Shown here: positions 8,742 through 18,658 of the stretch, in pieces
Layout of the letters: every line of letters starts with the position of its first letter
How positions within the stretch are numbered: the first letter of the stretch is position 1
Source: an uncultured Verrucomicrobiae bacterium
Lineage (GTDB): Bacteria; Verrucomicrobiota; Verrucomicrobiia; Opitutales; JABDGR01
Length of the DNA stretch: 64,000 bases
Reading direction: 5' to 3'
Assembly (NCBI GenBank): GCA_963765205.1
Contig: CAVXVB010000009.1
Coordinates: 224,001-288,000, forward strand
Notes under the pieces: generated by a model
Told to the model about the DNA's origin: nothing
Databases searched by the model: none
What the model saw: the letters and a program-made list of their open reading frames with translations, nothing else
Position numbers and translations under genes: made by a program

Positions 8742-9131
8742 ATGAGCAAATCCAAAAAAAGCACTCCCGCGAACATCATCTGGTTCGAAATCCCCGCCAA
8801 CAAGCCGGCGCGCGCGCAGAAATTCTACAGCAAATTGTTTGGCTGGAAAATCAACGCCATGCCGGGGATGAGTGATTACTGGCACATAGACACTGGCGGC
8901 GAAGACGCCATGCCGGACGGCGGCCTGATGACCCGCAAGTGTCCCGGCCAGCCCATCACCAACTACGTCAACGTGCCGTCCGTGACCCGGGCCATGGCCA
9001 AGGTCAAAAAACTCGGCGGGAAGGTCTGCAAACCCAAGACCGCCGTGCCGAAGATGGGCTACTTCGCCATCTGCCTGGACACGGAAGAAAACATGTTCGC
9101 CCTCTGGGAAATCAATATGCAGGCGAAGTAG
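8742..9131 (+). CDS. VOC/glyoxalase-family protein
   Basis: WFEIPA, FYSKLFGW, GYFAICLDTEENMFALWE. Confidence 0.9.
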   Translation: MSKSKKSTPANIIWFEIPANKPARAQKFYSKLFGWKINAMPGMSDYWHIDTGGEDAMPDGGLMTRKCPGQPITNYVNVPSVTRAMAKVKKLGGKVCKPKTAVPKMGYFAICLDTEENMFALWEINMQAK

Positions 9132-9263
9132 GGTTCTGACTGAAGACAGTTACTTTGCCATTGGTTGGCTTATATGGGTCAAGTTTACTCACGCTTATCA
9201 AATCGCTTTGCAGCCTTTTCCAGCATAGAGAGCAATTCCCGATTTCTGTCGCTGCCATTTGAC

Positions 9264-9776
9264 TTAACCCGCCTTTCGTGCATTGCCGATGGCGGTCAGT
9301 TGCATCCATCCGGGAATTGTGGGATTTGCTCCGTGCGCCAGCATAAGCGCTGCCATCTCGTTTTCGCCTTCATCCACAGCTTTTTTGATCGCCGTATCTC
9401 CGATGTTCGGTTCGTCGTGAGCGTTTACGTCAGCACCGGCATCAAGCAATATTTTGGCGAATTCGATATTATGCTCGCGCACTGCGCTCATCAGGGGAGT
9501 ATGGGCAGTTTCATCAAATTCATTTATCTTCTTCTTTCCATATTCTGTCAGTAGAATCGCTTTCAAAACGTTTACGCTCCTGTTATCAATGGCGGCTTGT
9601 ATTGGAGAAATGCCCGTAATCACACGGACGCGGTTTAAGTCTACCCCGCCTACGATGGCCTTTTGGAATTCCGCCAGATTGTCGTTGGCAATCGGTTCAA
9701 ACAAATCGAAATAATGATCCAGCCGCTTGTCCAGCTTTGCCAGCATGACAGTCGCGGGATTAAACTTGGGTGTCAT
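9264..9776 (-). CDS. Ankyrin-repeat protein
   Basis: TPLMSAV...LLDAGADVNA and TAIKKAV...LAHGANP; AT-richer than its neighbours. Confidence 0.85.
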   Translation of the reverse strand: MTPKFNPATVMLAKLDKRLDHYFDLFEPIANDNLAEFQKAIVGGVDLNRVRVITGISPIQAAIDNRSVNVLKAILLTEYGKKKINEFDETAHTPLMSAVREHNIEFAKILLDAGADVNAHDEPNIGDTAIKKAVDEGENEMAALMLAHGANPTIPGWMQLTAIGNARKAG

Positions 9777-9858
9777 GGCGTAAATATAGGGACCAAAGAC
9801 CCGTTTTGGCAATGCAAGAATCGAAGTAGAAAACAGGCGTTATCTCGATTCCAAGCAG

Positions 9859-9952
9859 GGGTCGTCGGCAAGCGACGCCCCTACAGTGCCGTGCAGAAGA
9901 CGCCTCACAGGTTTCATTCGCCAATTGTAGGGGCGTCGCTTGCCAACGGCCC
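9859..9952. repeat. REP-like inverted doublet (GTAGGGGCGTCGCTTGCC)
   Basis: ggcaagcgacgcccctac ... gtaggggcgtcgcttgcc, GTAG-headed palindromes in inverted orientation. Confidence 0.8.
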
Positions 9953-9982
9953 CTGGGTATTTTCTACAGAGCAGAATCAAAG

Positions 9983-11515
9983 CTATCCTCCGAGCAGCTT
10001 CTTAAGAATGTCATCCACTGTCTGTGGGTTGGCCTGGCCTTTGGTCTGTTTCATCACCTGGCCCTTGAGGGCGTTGATGGCGGTGAGTTTGCCGGCTTTG
10101 TATTGTTCGACGGGTTTCGGATTCGCCGCGACGATTTCCGCGCAGATTTTTTCCAGCTCGCCGGTGTCGGCCTGCATCCGCAGACCCTTGCGCTCGACGA
10201 TGGCCTCGGCCGGGTCGCCGGTGCGGAACATTTCCAGGAAGACATCCTTGGCGATTTGCTTGGAGATCACATTATTCGCCACAAGATTAACTAAACCCGC
10301 AAGCATAGCTGGTGTGATTTTGCATTGTGACACCTTTAACGGTGACTCGCCATGTGGTGCCGCTGATGCGAGTTCACGGAGTAAATCGTTTGCGATGTAG
10401 TTAGCAATGGGCAGTGCGAGCATTTTGCCTCTGCCAATAAATACATCAATGCCTTTTGGGCTGAGTGCAGCATCGTATGCAATGCCTCCACATGCGGTCA
10501 CGGCATTCTCAAAATATTCTGACAATTCGCGATCTTGACAAATCACCGACGTAATCGTGTAGGGCAAATCTAATCCCTCCTTCTGGTAGCGGCGTTGCTT
10601 GTCGAAGGGCAACTCCGGCAACTCCGCCCGCAGTTTCTCAATTTGCTCCGGCGTTGTGCGCACGGGCATCAGGTCGGGGTCGGGAAAATAGCGGTAGTCG
10701 TGCGCCTGCTCCTTCGAGCGCATGGATTGCGTGACGCCCAGTTGTGCGTCCCACCGGCGCGTCTCCTGCACGATCCGCTCGCCCTTTTGCACGCACTGGA
10801 TTTGCCGCTTGATTTCAAACTCCACGCCGTTGCGCACGCCGGAAAAGGAATTCAGGTTTTTCAATTCCACCTTCGTGCCGAGCTTCGTCTCGCCGCGCAG
10901 ACGCACGGAGATGTTCGCGTCGCAGCGCAACTGGCCCTTTTCCATGTCGCAGTCGGAAATGTCGGCGGCGACGAGGCAGGTGCGCAGCGTGGTGAGGTAG
11001 GCGAAAACTTCGTCGGGCGTGTGCATGTCCGGCTCGGAGACGATTTCGATGAGCGGCGTGCCCGCGCGGTTGAAGTCCACCAGGCTGTCGTTGAGAAAGT
11101 GGGTGAGCTTGCCCACGTCCTCCTCGAGGTGGATGCGCGTGAGCTTCACGACGCGGTGCGCGCCCATGAGGTTGCGCGACGGGCCGGGCAGCTCGATCTC
11201 GACCCCGCCGCCGAGGCAGAGCGGCTGGTCGTATTGCGAAATCTGGTAATTCTTCGGGCTGTCGGGATAGAAATAATTCTTGCGGTCCCATTTGCACGTC
11301 TCCGCGATCTGGCAGCCGAACATCAGGCCGACCTTGATGCTTTTGCGGATGGCCTCGGCGTTCATCACCGGCAGCGTGCCCGGCAGCGCGAGCACGACGG
11401 GGTTCGTCAGCGTGTTCGGCGGCTCGCCGTAGCGGTAGGCCGCGCGCGTGAACATCTTCGAGCGCGTCTTTAATTGGACGTGCACCTCGAGGCCGATGAC
11501 TGCTTCAAATTCCAT
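9983..11515 (-). CDS. gatB: Asp/Glu-tRNA(Asn/Gln) amidotransferase subunit B
   Basis: VIGLEVHVQL, RKNYFYPD, HLEEDVGK, DYRYFPDPDL. Confidence 0.97.
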   Translation of the reverse strand: MEFEAVIGLEVHVQLKTRSKMFTRAAYRYGEPPNTLTNPVVLALPGTLPVMNAEAIRKSIKVGLMFGCQIAETCKWDRKNYFYPDSPKNYQISQYDQPLCLGGGVEIELPGPSRNLMGAHRVVKLTRIHLEEDVGKLTHFLNDSLVDFNRAGTPLIEIVSEPDMHTPDEVFAYLTTLRTCLVAADISDCDMEKGQLRCDANISVRLRGETKLGTKVELKNLNSFSGVRNGVEFEIKRQIQCVQKGERIVQETRRWDAQLGVTQSMRSKEQAHDYRYFPDPDLMPVRTTPEQIEKLRAELPELPFDKQRRYQKEGLDLPYTITSVICQDRELSEYFENAVTACGGIAYDAALSPKGIDVFIGRGKMLALPIANYIANDLLRELASAAPHGESPLKVSQCKITPAMLAGLVNLVANNVISKQIAKDVFLEMFRTGDPAEAIVERKGLRMQADTGELEKICAEIVAANPKPVEQYKAGKLTAINALKGQVMKQTKGQANPQTVDDILKKLLGG

Positions 11516-11528
11516 GATTCGATGGTTA

Positions 11529-11607
11529 AATTGCTCGATTGTTGAATTGTTGAATAACTTAGGTGTTTTTGTTTTTAGCAATACAACAATAGAACAATCG
11601 AGCAATT
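11529..11607. repeat. Inverted pair of 8-mer arrays (ATTGTTGA)n between gatA and gatB
   Basis: aattgctcgattgttgaattgttgaat ... atacaacaatagaacaatcgagcaatt. Confidence 0.8.
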
Positions 11608-11611
11608 CGGA

Positions 11612-13078
11612 TTAAAGTGGCGCGCGGCGCGAATGATAATCGTGCGCGGTTTCGAACAGCCGCCCCATCGCCAGCAGGTCGGCCTCCGCGAACGGGCGGC
11701 CAATCAGTTGCAGGCCGATGGGCAAATTATTCTTCGTGAACCCGCAGGGCAGCGACAGGCCCGGCAGCCCGGCGAGGTTGACGGAGATGGTGTAAATGTC
11801 GCTCAAATACATCGCCAGTGGGTCGTCTGTTTTCTCGCCGCGCTTGAACGCCGCCGTCGGCGCGGTGGGCGTGATGATGGCGTCCACCTGCCGGAAGGCG
11901 TCCTCGAAATCGCGCCGGATGAGCGTCCGCACTTTTTGTGCGCGCAGGTAATAAGCATCGTAATAGCCGCTGCTCAAAACATAGGTGCCCAGGATGATGC
12001 GGCGCTTCACTTCCGGGCCGAAGCCCTCGGCGCGGCTCTTGAAATACATGTCCAGCATGTCCGTCGTGCGCGCGCTGCGGTGCGTGTAGCGCACGCCATC
12101 GTAGCGCGCGAGGTTGGACGACGCCTCCGCCGTGGCGATGATGTAATACACCGGCAGGCCGAGTTCCGCGTGCGGCAGCTTAATGTCCACGATTTGGCAG
12201 CCGCGCCCTTCGTAAAATTTGATGGCCGCCTCAATGCTTGCGCGCACCTCCGGGTCGAGGCCCGCGCCAAAAAAGTCGCGCGGCACGCCAAGCTTCCACG
12301 GCTTCGGTGGCGCGGCGACGGCGGCGGCGTAGTCGGGCACAGGCTGCTTGAGCGAAGTCGAGTCGCGCGGGTCATGGCCGGCAAAAGATTGCAGCAGCAG
12401 CGCGGCGTCCTCCGTCGTGCGCGTCATCGGGCCGATTTGGTCGAGCGACGACGCGAAGGCCACCAAGCCGTAGCGCGAGACGACGCCATACGTCGGCTTC
12501 AACCCCACGATGCCGCACAACGAGGCCGGCTGGCGAATCGAGCCGCCCGTGTCGCTGCCCAGCGCCGCCGGCGCCGCGCCCGCCGCGACCGCCGCCGCGC
12601 TGCCGCCCGAGCTGCCGCCGGGGATGCGCGCCAGGTCCCACGGGTTGACCGTCGTTTGATACGCGCTGTTTTCCGTGGACGAGCCCATCGCGAACTCATC
12701 CATGTTCAGCCGCCCCCACAACACCGCGCCCGCCGCGCGCAGGCGCTCAATCACCGTCGCGTCGTAGGGCGACACAAATTTTTTGAGCATTTTGCTGGCG
12801 CACGTCAGCGGCTGGCCCCGGACGGCGATCACGTCCTTGATGCCGATGGGCACGCCGTCGAGCGGGCCGCGCGCCGGCCCGGCGGCGCGGCGCTGGTCGG
12901 CGGCGCGGGCCTGGGCGAGCGCGTCATCCTCGTCGCGGTGCAAAAACGCGCCGACCTGCGGCTCGACTGCGCGCGCGCGTTCGATGAAGGCGCGGGTGAC
13001 CTCCTCAGACGAAACCTCTTTGGCCGCCAGGCGGCGGCTCAATTCGGCGAGGGTGAGACTATGCAGCGGAGCGGACAT
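11612..13078 (-). CDS. gatA: Amidotransferase subunit A
   Basis: [32 protein letters not shown]. Confidence 0.97.
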   Translation of the reverse strand: MSAPLHSLTLAELSRRLAAKEVSSEEVTRAFIERARAVEPQVGAFLHRDEDDALAQARAADQRRAAGPARGPLDGVPIGIKDVIAVRGQPLTCASKMLKKFVSPYDATVIERLRAAGAVLWGRLNMDEFAMGSSTENSAYQTTVNPWDLARIPGGSSGGSAAAVAAGAAPAALGSDTGGSIRQPASLCGIVGLKPTYGVVSRYGLVAFASSLDQIGPMTRTTEDAALLLQSFAGHDPRDSTSLKQPVPDYAAAVAAPPKPWKLGVPRDFFGAGLDPEVRASIEAAIKFYEGRGCQIVDIKLPHAELGLPVYYIIATAEASSNLARYDGVRYTHRSARTTDMLDMYFKSRAEGFGPEVKRRIILGTYVLSSGYYDAYYLRAQKVRTLIRRDFEDAFRQVDAIITPTAPTAAFKRGEKTDDPLAMYLSDIYTISVNLAGLPGLSLPCGFTKNNLPIGLQLIGRPFAEADLLAMGRLFETAHDYHSRRAPL

Positions 13079-13081
13079 GGG

Positions 13082-13378
13082 TTAGGAGGCGTCGTCCACG
13101 ACCTTGGGCACGAGGAACTGGTGGTCGCGCACGGCGGGCGCATTGAGCAGGGCCTCGGCGGGCGTGAAGCCGGCTTGCTCCACGTCGTCGTCGAGCACGT
13201 TAAAGACCGGAAACGCGTGCGCCATCGGCTCGACGCCGCTCACATCCACCGCGTTGAGCTTTTCAAAATATGCCAGGATGTCGCCCAACTGGGCCGCGAA
13301 GCGCGCCTTTTCCTCGGCGCTCAAATCGAGCCGCGCCAGGTTGGCGACGTAATCAATGTCCACGGAAGGCTGGGGCAT
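13082..13378 (-). CDS. gatC: Amidotransferase subunit C
   Basis: YVANLARL...LLNAP...FLVPKVV; directly upstream of gatA. Confidence 0.95.
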   Translation of the reverse strand: MPQPSVDIDYVANLARLDLSAEEKARFAAQLGDILAYFEKLNAVDVSGVEPMAHAFPVFNVLDDDVEQAGFTPAEALLNAPAVRDHQFLVPKVVDDAS

Positions 13379-13387
13379 GGCGTAAGA

Positions 13388-13425
13388 GAATGGAAAATGG
13401 AAGATGGAAAAGGGAAAAAGGAAAA
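13388..13425. repeat. Heptamer array (ATGGAAA family) before gatC
   Basis: gaatggaaaatggaagatggaaaagggaaaaaggaaaa. Confidence 0.8.
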
Positions 13426-13507
13426 CGGAGCATGGCAAAAAAACCCGCCGGAAGGCAAAATAATTATTTGCCGAACCGCCGGATGTCTTTATGACTGGCC
13501 TTGCGCC

Positions 13508-16500
13508 ATGCACCCCGTTGAAACCTATCTGGAGGAACTCGCCACGTCGCGGGCTTCCGGGGCGGTGGTGAAGGAAACCTCGGGCTATCCGGCGCTGGCC
13601 AATTTGCTCAATGCCGCCGGGCAGACGCTGCGCCCGAAGGTGCGCTGCCTCCTCCAGCTCAAAAATAGCGGCGTCGGCCTCCCGGATGGCGGCTTGTTCA
13701 CGCCCGACCAGCTCAAGCGGTCGGACGAACAGGTGCCCTTGCTGGGGTTAAAGCCCGCCCGCGGCGTGGTCGAGGTCAAGTCCCCCGGCGACGAACTGGC
13801 GAAAATCGCCGCCACGGAGCAAATCAAAGGATACCTGGAGCATTACGGCCTGGTTTTGCTCACCAATTACCGCGACTTTCAACTCCTCCAGCAGGGCCGC
13901 AACCGCCAACCGCAAAAACTGGAATCGTTCCGGCTCGCGCCCGACGAGGCGGCTTTTTGGCAGGCGGCGGCGCACCCGCGCGCGACGGCCGGCGCGTCGG
14001 GCGAGCGCTTCCTCGAATACCTCAAGCGCGCCCTCCTTCACGCCGCGCCCCTGACCAACCCGCGCGACGTGGCGGTGTTCCTGGCCTCCTACGCGCGCGA
14101 TGCCCGGGCGCGCGTCGAGGCCGCGGGGGATTTGCCGGCCCTCACCGCCGTGCGCGCCGCCCTCGAGGAGGCGCTCGGCATGAAATTCGAGGCCGTCAAA
14201 GGCGAGCATTTTTTCCGCTCCACCCTGGTGCAGACGCTGTTCTATGGCGTGTTTTCCGCCTGGGTGCTCTGGCACAAGGAGCAGCCCGCCCGCCGGGACG
14301 CCTTCGATTGGAAAACCGCCGCGTGGACGCTGCATGTGCCGATGATCAAGTCGCTCTTCGAGCAAATCGCCACGCCCACCAAGCTCGGCCCCCTCGGCCT
14401 GGTGGAAGTGCTCGATTGGACCGCCGCCGCCCTCAACCGCGTCGAACGCGGTGCCTTTTTCGAGAAATTCGTCGAAACCCACGCCGTCCAGTATTTTTAC
14501 GAGCCGTTCCTCGAGGAATTTGACCCCGCGCTGCGCAAGGAACTGGGCGTCTGGTATACCCCGCCGGAGATTGTGCAGTATATGGTCGCCCGGGTGGACA
14601 CCGTCTTGCGCGAGGAATTGGACATCCCCGACGGCCTGGCCGACCCGCGCGTCTTCGTCCTCGACCCCTGCTGCGGCACCGGCGCCTATCTGGTCGAGGT
14701 GCTGCGGAGGATTGCCCAAACGCTCCGGGAAGAAAAAGGCGAGGATGCCCTGGCGAACGAAGGTTTCAAAGAGGCGGCGATGAAGCGCGTTTTTGGCTTC
14801 GAAATCATGCCCGCGCCGTTCGTCGTCGCCCATTTGCAGATGGGTTTGCTGTTGCAGAATTTGGAGGTGCCGCTGGATGAAAAGAAGAACGAACGGGCCG
14901 GCATCTTTCTCACCAACTCGCTGACCGGGTGGGATTTCATCGGTGAAAATCCCCAGCTCAAAAATTGGCCGGAACTGGAGGCTGAGCGCGCGGGCGCCGG
15001 CCGGGTGAAACAGGAGAAGCCCATCCTTGTCATTCTGGGCAATCCGCCTTATAATGCCTACGCGGGCATCAGCCCGGAGGAGGAGCAGGGTTTGGTGGAG
15101 CCGTATAAGGAGGGTTTGGTTAAAAAATGGGGCATCAAGAAGTTCAACCTGGACGACCTCTATGTGCGCTTCTTCCGGCTGGCCGAACGCCGCATCGCGG
15201 AGAAAACAGGCAAAGGCATTGTTTGTTACATCTCAAATTTTTCCTATTTGACCGATTCTTCTTTTGTGGTCATGCGCCAGCGGTTCTTGCAGGAGTTTGA
15301 TTCGCTATGGTTCGATTGTCTCAATGGAGACAGCCGTGAAACAGGCAAGCTGACACCGGAAGGCAAACCTGATCCGTCGGTGTTTTCAACCGAATACAAC
15401 CGCGAGGGCATTCGCGTTGGCACGGCGGTCTGCCTCATGGTGCGCCGGGCCAAGCGGGCGAAAAGCCCGAAGGTTTTCTTTCGCCAGTTCTGGGGTGCGG
15501 GAAAAAGAGCTGATTTGGTCAAGAGTCTCAAATCAAAAAACTTCGCCAAACAATATGAAAAAGTCGAACCGACGGAAGCTAGTCGCAGCTCGTTATTGCC
15601 TTTAGTTGTCTCATCAGAATACCTGCACTGGCCAATGTTGATTGACCTTTCTTATGTCGCCCCTTCCAACGGCTTGATGGAGAAACGGGACGGCGCACTG
15701 ATTGACATTGATCGTTCCGCCTTGGAAAAAAGAATGCGAATGTATTTCGATAGGACAGTTAATTGGCCCACGCTCCATTCGCTTGATACGGGGCTGACCG
15801 AGGACGCGGCGCGGTTTGATGCCCAGAAGGCCCGTGCCAAAGTCATTCAATCAGAAAAATATCTGCCGGAAAATTTGCGCCATTACGCGCTCCGCCCATT
15901 TGACAATCGTTGGTGTTATTACAGTTCTGAACGTCCGCTTTGGAATGAACCCCGGCCCAATCTCTGGGCCCAGTGCTGGGAGGGAAATACTTTTCTGATC
16001 AGCCGGCCCGCCGCGATCGCCAGCCCCGAGGGAGTCCCGCTGTTCTATACGCCCCTGCTGGGTGATAATGACTTTTTGCGCGGCCATGCCTATTATTTTC
16101 CCATTCGTTTGCGCAATGGCTTCAAGGTGATCCCCAAGAATAAGACCGACACCAATGGCGAATTTGACCAGATTCTGGAAGAAGCCGCCGGCGAATATGA
16201 TGCGGGAGAAATAAAAACCACCGCCAATCTTTCTTCGGGTGCCCGCGCCTATCTGGCCAAACTCGGGATTATTAATCCTGATACGGATGAGGCGGCTGCA
16301 TCCATGCTCTGGATGCATGCGTTGGCCGTCAGCTATTCCGGCCATTATCTCAACGATAATGCCGACGGTATCCGCCAAGATTGGCCGCGCGTCCCATTGC
16401 CGGACACAAAGGCTACGCTTCTGGCCTCTGCCACGCTTGGCCGACAAGTAGCGGCTTTGCTAAACACCGAGACCCAAGTAAATGGCGTTGCTGCGGGAAA

Positions 16501-16955
16501 GATTCGTTCCGATCTGGTTAAGATTGCCGTGGTCACGCGATTGTCAAAATCAGCATTAAATCTTTCCCTGACCGCCGGCTGGGGCCACTCCGGCAAAGCA
16601 GGCGCAACTATGCCGGGCCGGGGTAAATTACAAAGCCGCGAAAATATTGATTTCTCGCCGGAATTGCTGGGCCGCGTGACGCATGACGTTCTATCTCAAC
16701 GACCACGCCTGCTGGCAAAACGTGCCGGAAAAGGTTTGGGACTACACCATCGGCGGTTATCAGGTCATCAAGAAGTGGCTGAGTTACCGCGAGTTTGGCC
16801 TGTTGGGCCGGGCGCTCACACCGGACGAGGCCCGCGAAGTCACCCACATGGCCCGGCGCATTGCCGCGTTGCTCCTCCTCGGCCTGGAACTCGACGCCAA
16901 CTACCAAAAGGTCAAGGCCGCCGCCTACGATTGGAACATCGAAAGAACCCCTTGA
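13508..16955 (+). pseudogene. Single-chain Type IIG/IIL (ISP-like C-terminus) restriction-modification enzyme with a +1 frameshift near 16690
   Basis: PDGG..VEVK nuclease-like motif, WYTP, LDPCCGTG (motif I), GNPPY (motif IV); the C-terminal YLND..NVPEKVWDYTIGGYQVIKKWLSYR is in another frame (ORF 16683-16955). Confidence 0.85.
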
Positions 16956-16996
16956 TTATGCGTCGTGCTCCCTGGGTGGAAGGGCCCGGACCTTGG

Positions 16997-17296
16997 TCAC
17001 GCCAGCACTTCGTAATTCGTCACGCTGGGATCAAGGGTGACGAGAAAATCCTTGTCGAGGGGCAAGTGGTGGGCGAGGGTCGCGTCGCCGCCGGCGAATC
17101 GCTGGACGGATTCGACGGAGTCCCAAAACGAGATAAGCATGAAGTGCGCCTCGGGGCCCTCGAGACGGCGCAAAACGTAGGCGCCGCGGTTGCCGGGCGC
17201 GGACTGCACGCCCGCCAGGCCGGTCTCATTTAGGTAGTCGGAATAGGCATCCGCCTGTTTCACCGGGGTTACCCCCTGCCAAATTCGCGCAATCAT
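16997..17296 (-). CDS. Antibiotic biosynthesis monooxygenase-like protein
   Basis: MIARIWQG, PGNRG, SFWDSVESVQRFAG. Confidence 0.85.
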   Translation of the reverse strand: MIARIWQGVTPVKQADAYSDYLNETGLAGVQSAPGNRGAYVLRRLEGPEAHFMLISFWDSVESVQRFAGGDATLAHHLPLDKDFLVTLDPSVTNYEVLA

Positions 17297-17459
17297 GGTA
17301 ATTTCCTCCCCTTCGGGAATTCAAGAAGGATACTCTCGTTTCACGAACTAAGCCATGGTGGAATTGTCAGTAATATGTCAGACCCGGCGGCGGCGCGCGG
17401 GTTCCCGGCCGATAAACCGTAACTTGACAACGGCGCGCGTCCCGCCATGTTGCGGGTTC

Positions 17460-18545
17460 GTGAGCTACAAACTATTCATTCCCGGCCCCACCGAGGTCTC
17501 GCCCGCGATGTTCGCGGCGATGGCCAAACCGATGGTCGGCCACCGCAGCAAGGATTTCGTCGCCCTGTATCAGGGCCTGCAGCCGGATTTGCAGGCGCTG
17601 TTCTACACGCGTGACCCGGTCTATCTCAGCACGAGCAGTTCGTGGGGCGTCATGGAAGGCGCGATCCGCAACCTCACCCTCAAAGGCGTGCTCAATTGCA
17701 TGAATGGCGCGTTTTCCGACAAGTGGAACGACGTGGCCAAACGCTGCGGCAAGCCAGCCGGCGCGTTGCAATTTGAATGGGGCCAGCCGGTGGACCCGGC
17801 GGCGGTGCGCCGCGAACTGGCCACCGGCCAATTCGACGTGATCACTCTCATCCACAACGAGACCTCGACGGGCACGATGAGCGACCTTGCGGCCATCATG
17901 GCCGTCGTGCGCGAATTTCCCGAGGTGATTTCCGTGGTGGACTGCGTCAGTTCGTTTTCCGTCGTGCCGATCAAGAAGGACGAGCTGGGGATTGACGTGC
18001 TGCTGACCGGCTCGCAAAAGGCGCTGTCGCTCCCGCCGGGGCTGTCGCTCTTCGCGGTCTCGGAAAAGGCGCGCGCGCGCGCGGCCCAGGTGCCGGGGCG
18101 CGGGTATTATTTTGATTTCCTGGAATTTCACGCCAACCACGAGAAGGGCATGACGCCGAGCACGCCGTGCATCGCACTGCTCAACGGGCTGCGCGCGAAA
18201 GTGGATGAAATCAAAGCCGAGGGCGCGGAGAACCGCTATGCGCGGCACGCGCGCACCAACGCGCTCGTGCATGCCTGGGCCACGCGGCAGGGCTTCAAAC
18301 TCCTGCCCGCGCCGGCCTATGCCTCGAAGGCGCTCTCGTGCATTGTCAACACGCGCAACGTGGACCTCGAGGCGCTGAACAAGGCGCTCAAAAGCCGTTT
18401 TCACTGCGTGATTGACGGTGGCTACGGCAAGCTCAAGGGCAAAACTTTTCGCATTTCCAACATGGGCGACGAGACGGAGGAGACCATCGGCCGGCTGCTC
18501 GGCCAATTGGACGTGCTGCTGGCGGAAGCCGCCAAAGCCGGATGA
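17460..18545 (+). CDS. Class V PLP aminotransferase (alanine-glyoxylate/serine-pyruvate type)
   Basis: LFIPGP, HNETSTG, VDCVSS, GSQKALSLPPG; GTG start inferred. Confidence 0.9.
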   Translation: MSYKLFIPGPTEVSPAMFAAMAKPMVGHRSKDFVALYQGLQPDLQALFYTRDPVYLSTSSSWGVMEGAIRNLTLKGVLNCMNGAFSDKWNDVAKRCGKPAGALQFEWGQPVDPAAVRRELATGQFDVITLIHNETSTGTMSDLAAIMAVVREFPEVISVVDCVSSFSVVPIKKDELGIDVLLTGSQKALSLPPGLSLFAVSEKARARAAQVPGRGYYFDFLEFHANHEKGMTPSTPCIALLNGLRAKVDEIKAEGAENRYARHARTNALVHAWATRQGFKLLPAPAYASKALSCIVNTRNVDLEALNKALKSRFHCVIDGGYGKLKGKTFRISNMGDETEETIGRLLGQLDVLLAEAAKAG

Positions 18546-18658
18546 AATTCCGGTAAAAATTTTGCCGGAAATTTCGTGCGACGAAAAAATTATTTTGCCA
18601 AGCGACAAAATATCTGCTAGAAAGGAGTGGTTGCGAGAGTTGCTTGCTTCCTTTTTTA

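Noticed and set aside
11633..13507. N-terminal ~625 aa of the 1866-aa ORF
   Set aside because: Antisense shadow of gatA/gatC; recognisable R-M sequence begins at ATG 13508
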